Positions 61,705-64,000 of a stretch of 64,000 nt of DNA are shown here, in pieces; position 1 is the first letter of the stretch, and each line of letters opens with the position of its first letter. A program made the translations under genes and the position numbers. This DNA comes from Selaginella moellendorffii (lineage: Eukaryota; Plantae; Lycopodiophyta): the NCBI RefSeq assembly GCF_000143415.4, contig NW_003314313.1:18418-82417 (forward strand). The letters run 5' to 3'. The notes under the pieces were generated by a model. That model saw only the letters and a list, made by a program, of their open reading frames with translations. It had not been told where the DNA came from and did not search any database.

Positions 61705-62579
61705 ATGTTCTTTATGATTTTATTAACTCTCATATGTCTTCTATTAACAAATTTTAAATCATGTCTCACTAAACCAAATATAAAATGGGGAACAAATTAT
61801 ACTTTGACAAATGATGATATTAATAATATACTTTCATATGGTTTTGATACATTAATTTCAGAGATACTAGTGATTCAATTTTTCACCAAACTATAATAAC
61901 TGAATATCTATAAATTTTGGACAAAGTGTGCAGTTGTAAGTGTTAAATGTTTTGTAGGTAATCCTACAAATTATTTTGTAAGTAGCCTTTCAAATAATTC
62001 TATTTCGGGTTTAAATATAAAAAATAGAATTCCTTATTTAGTTAAAAAATATAATAATACTATAAGAATAACAAAATCTAGTGAATGCACTATTATAGCT
62101 ATTAATTTTGAAATTAATTATTTGTTTATTATTGGCAAAATAAGAATTTAACATATTTAACATATATACCAATATTTTCTAGAATAACTTATTTTCATAA
62201 AAATTGTGATATAAGTTTCTCAACATTATATGCAAGATACCCAAAAAATTCATTAAAAAAGGGTAAATTTTTTAAATCCTCTAATGGGAAGAATATAGTT
62301 TATTTAAATTTAAATTTTATACTTAAACTTTATTCTGGAGAAAATTTATTATAAAAGTCTGACAATAAAGAATATAATGATAATTGTATACTTACTCTCT
62401 AAACTAATGGCAACCTTATTTTATATAATTAATATTTTAAAAATTTATGATTAATAAATAAATTTTGTGTTAAATGTTTTTTTCTCACATATATTATTAT
62501 TCAAAACGATTGCAATTTTGTAAGTTATAATGCTTCAGCACCAAATAAATATTGGTGGGCAAACATGTTGGATGCATAA
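61705..62579 (+). pseudogene. Pseudogene paralog of the secreted GNA-lectin fusion gene
   Basis: Signal MFFMILLTLICLLL, then KWGTNYTLTNDDINNIL. Lectin part NCDISFSTLY...SSNGKNIVYL...NCILTL*TNGNLILY...IQNDCNFVSYNASAPNKYWW. Multiple stops and frameshifts. Confidence 0.85.
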
Positions 62580-62693
62580 AATAAAATAATTATTTTTTAC
62601 TGTAAAAATTTTAACTGCAATATATTAAAGTAATTTTTAATAATTTTAATTTGAATATCCTACTAGTAAACCTTAGGGTTTCTTGTTCTATCC

Positions 62694-63836
62694 ATGGGGC
62701 AAGCGTCTTCGATCGAGGAGGCTGTGGAAGTGAAAGCGCCGTCCATGGAGGAACGACCTTCTCTATCATTGCCTGCAAAAACGCTTATTGCTGGTGTTGC
62801 GTTTGGAGCATCGCTGCCGATTGCGCAGGTATTTTGATCTTCTGGACGGGGAAATTTCACTCCCTTTTTGCTGGAAGCGTGTAGGAAAGCTTTGCAGGAT
62901 TTCCTGTGCCACTCCACTTGCGAGCTCGGCTTTTGGTGCGGCGTTTGTGGCTTTATGCTCGACATCTTCAATGCAGGTTCTTTTTCTTCTTTCTTCTTTC
63001 TTTGAAGAAACTGAAAGTAGATTGAATAGATTGTGAATCAAATCGAAAGGATTGCTGCTGCCGAGTTTCCAGATGTTGATGCTGGTTTCTCGTCGTCGTC
63101 TCAAATTCTTCCTGTGCTCTTACCAGCGTTGATAGGCCTCGTATCCTTCAAGGTATAGAATCAAGAGTACAAGTTTATGTTTCCTGCTTAAAACCAAATG
63201 GAAATCTTGTGCAGGCTTTAGGTGGCAAGTATCGGAATCTATTGCCAAGTGATGTGCGATTTCCTGGAGTTTATGCACTGGCTTATCTTCCTTGTAAGTT
63301 CTCAACTCTTCCATTTTGTTTCCTCGCATAAAGATCATCTCACAGCAGGAATGCGCTATGCCTCCAAGCACGAAAAGTTCCTCATCAGGCTTTTGTACAG
63401 AGAGTTTGGTTGCCACCACTGCGGCAAGACAATCGGAGAAAGGTAAAATCCCAAAACACTTAGCTTTGAAGCCTTCGATAGCGATTGATGATCTCGGTTA
63501 GCATTGCAGATCACATACCGCCTAATGCTCTTCACTGGAAGCCTCGGCGCCGGCTCAAACTGACCCAAAAGTTCTATCCTCAGTGCATTCCTTGCATGAA
63601 AGTCCAGAGCAGCTCACTCCGGCATGGATTGAATCCACTGGTCTATCACCACAAATCCGGCTGGCCACAGGTACTCGAAAGCTAAAAAAAACTCTATTCG
63701 CTCCACCAGGCTAAAAACTTCCCGTGTTTCTGTTCAGCCATTTGTATTTTCAGGCTTTTTTCTGCCTGCTCTTGTTCCAGATGCTGAAGAGCTCAAAGGA
63801 GAGCTGCTAACCTACCATTTTGCAAAGTGGACTTGA
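62694..63836 (+). CDS. Membrane-associated protein with an HNH-like Zn-binding motif set (8 exons)
   Basis: All-GT-AG, phase-consistent model: MGQASS...AGVAFGASLPIAQ|RVGKLCRISCATP...|...ALIGLVSFK|ALGGKYRNLLPSDVRFPGVYA...|...FGCHHCGKTIGES|IADHIPP...FYPQCIPCMKVQ...|...KWT*. Telo-box at 62674-62681. Confidence 0.8.
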
Positions 63837-64000
63837 CATTCTTTCTGACCGGAAGAACCATTTTATTAGTTTTAACATTTTTATATTTTTTCCGGTTGTG
63901 GAAAAGATTTACAAACATTTTTGTTTCCTTTTTGTACAGTCCAAAACATGCAAAACCTCTAGAAAACACTCTCTTTGAATGCTTGCTCAAGGAGAGGTCT

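Overview
Gene-dense plant nuclear DNA, most consistent with a lycophyte such as Selaginella. This is an inference from very short introns (about 45-110 nt), many intronless PLS-class PPR genes, a P5B-like ATPase and Lhcb3. Compact GC-rich gene blocks alternate with AT-rich islands of decayed retroelements. Genes in order: 5' part of a P5-type ATPase, tRNA-Ala(AGC), GT-2 trihelix TF, AAMP/Sqt1-like WD40, tandem GDSL lipases (one a frameshifted pseudogene), RLK relics, an SD-2-type G-lectin receptor kinase, an orphan ORF, a PMT methyltransferase, a CYP71-clan P450, a GeBP-like TF, a COPT copper transporter, an IMP1 peptidase, an AhpC/TSA-like thioredoxin-fold gene, Lhcb3 and an HNH-like membrane protein gene, with four PPR genes interspersed. 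A complete LTR element is nested in the LTR of an older family member. Most notable: (1) a family of very AT-rich, intronless secreted genes made of a variable N-terminal domain plus a GNA-type lectin (one intact, two decayed copies); (2) a spliced gene with an HNH/Zn motif set resembling bacterial polymorphic-toxin tips; (3) five GTACGG SBP/CuRE sites in a 215-bp COPT/PPR bidirectional promoter; (4) an intron joining a PPR 3' end to the downstream thioredoxin-like gene.
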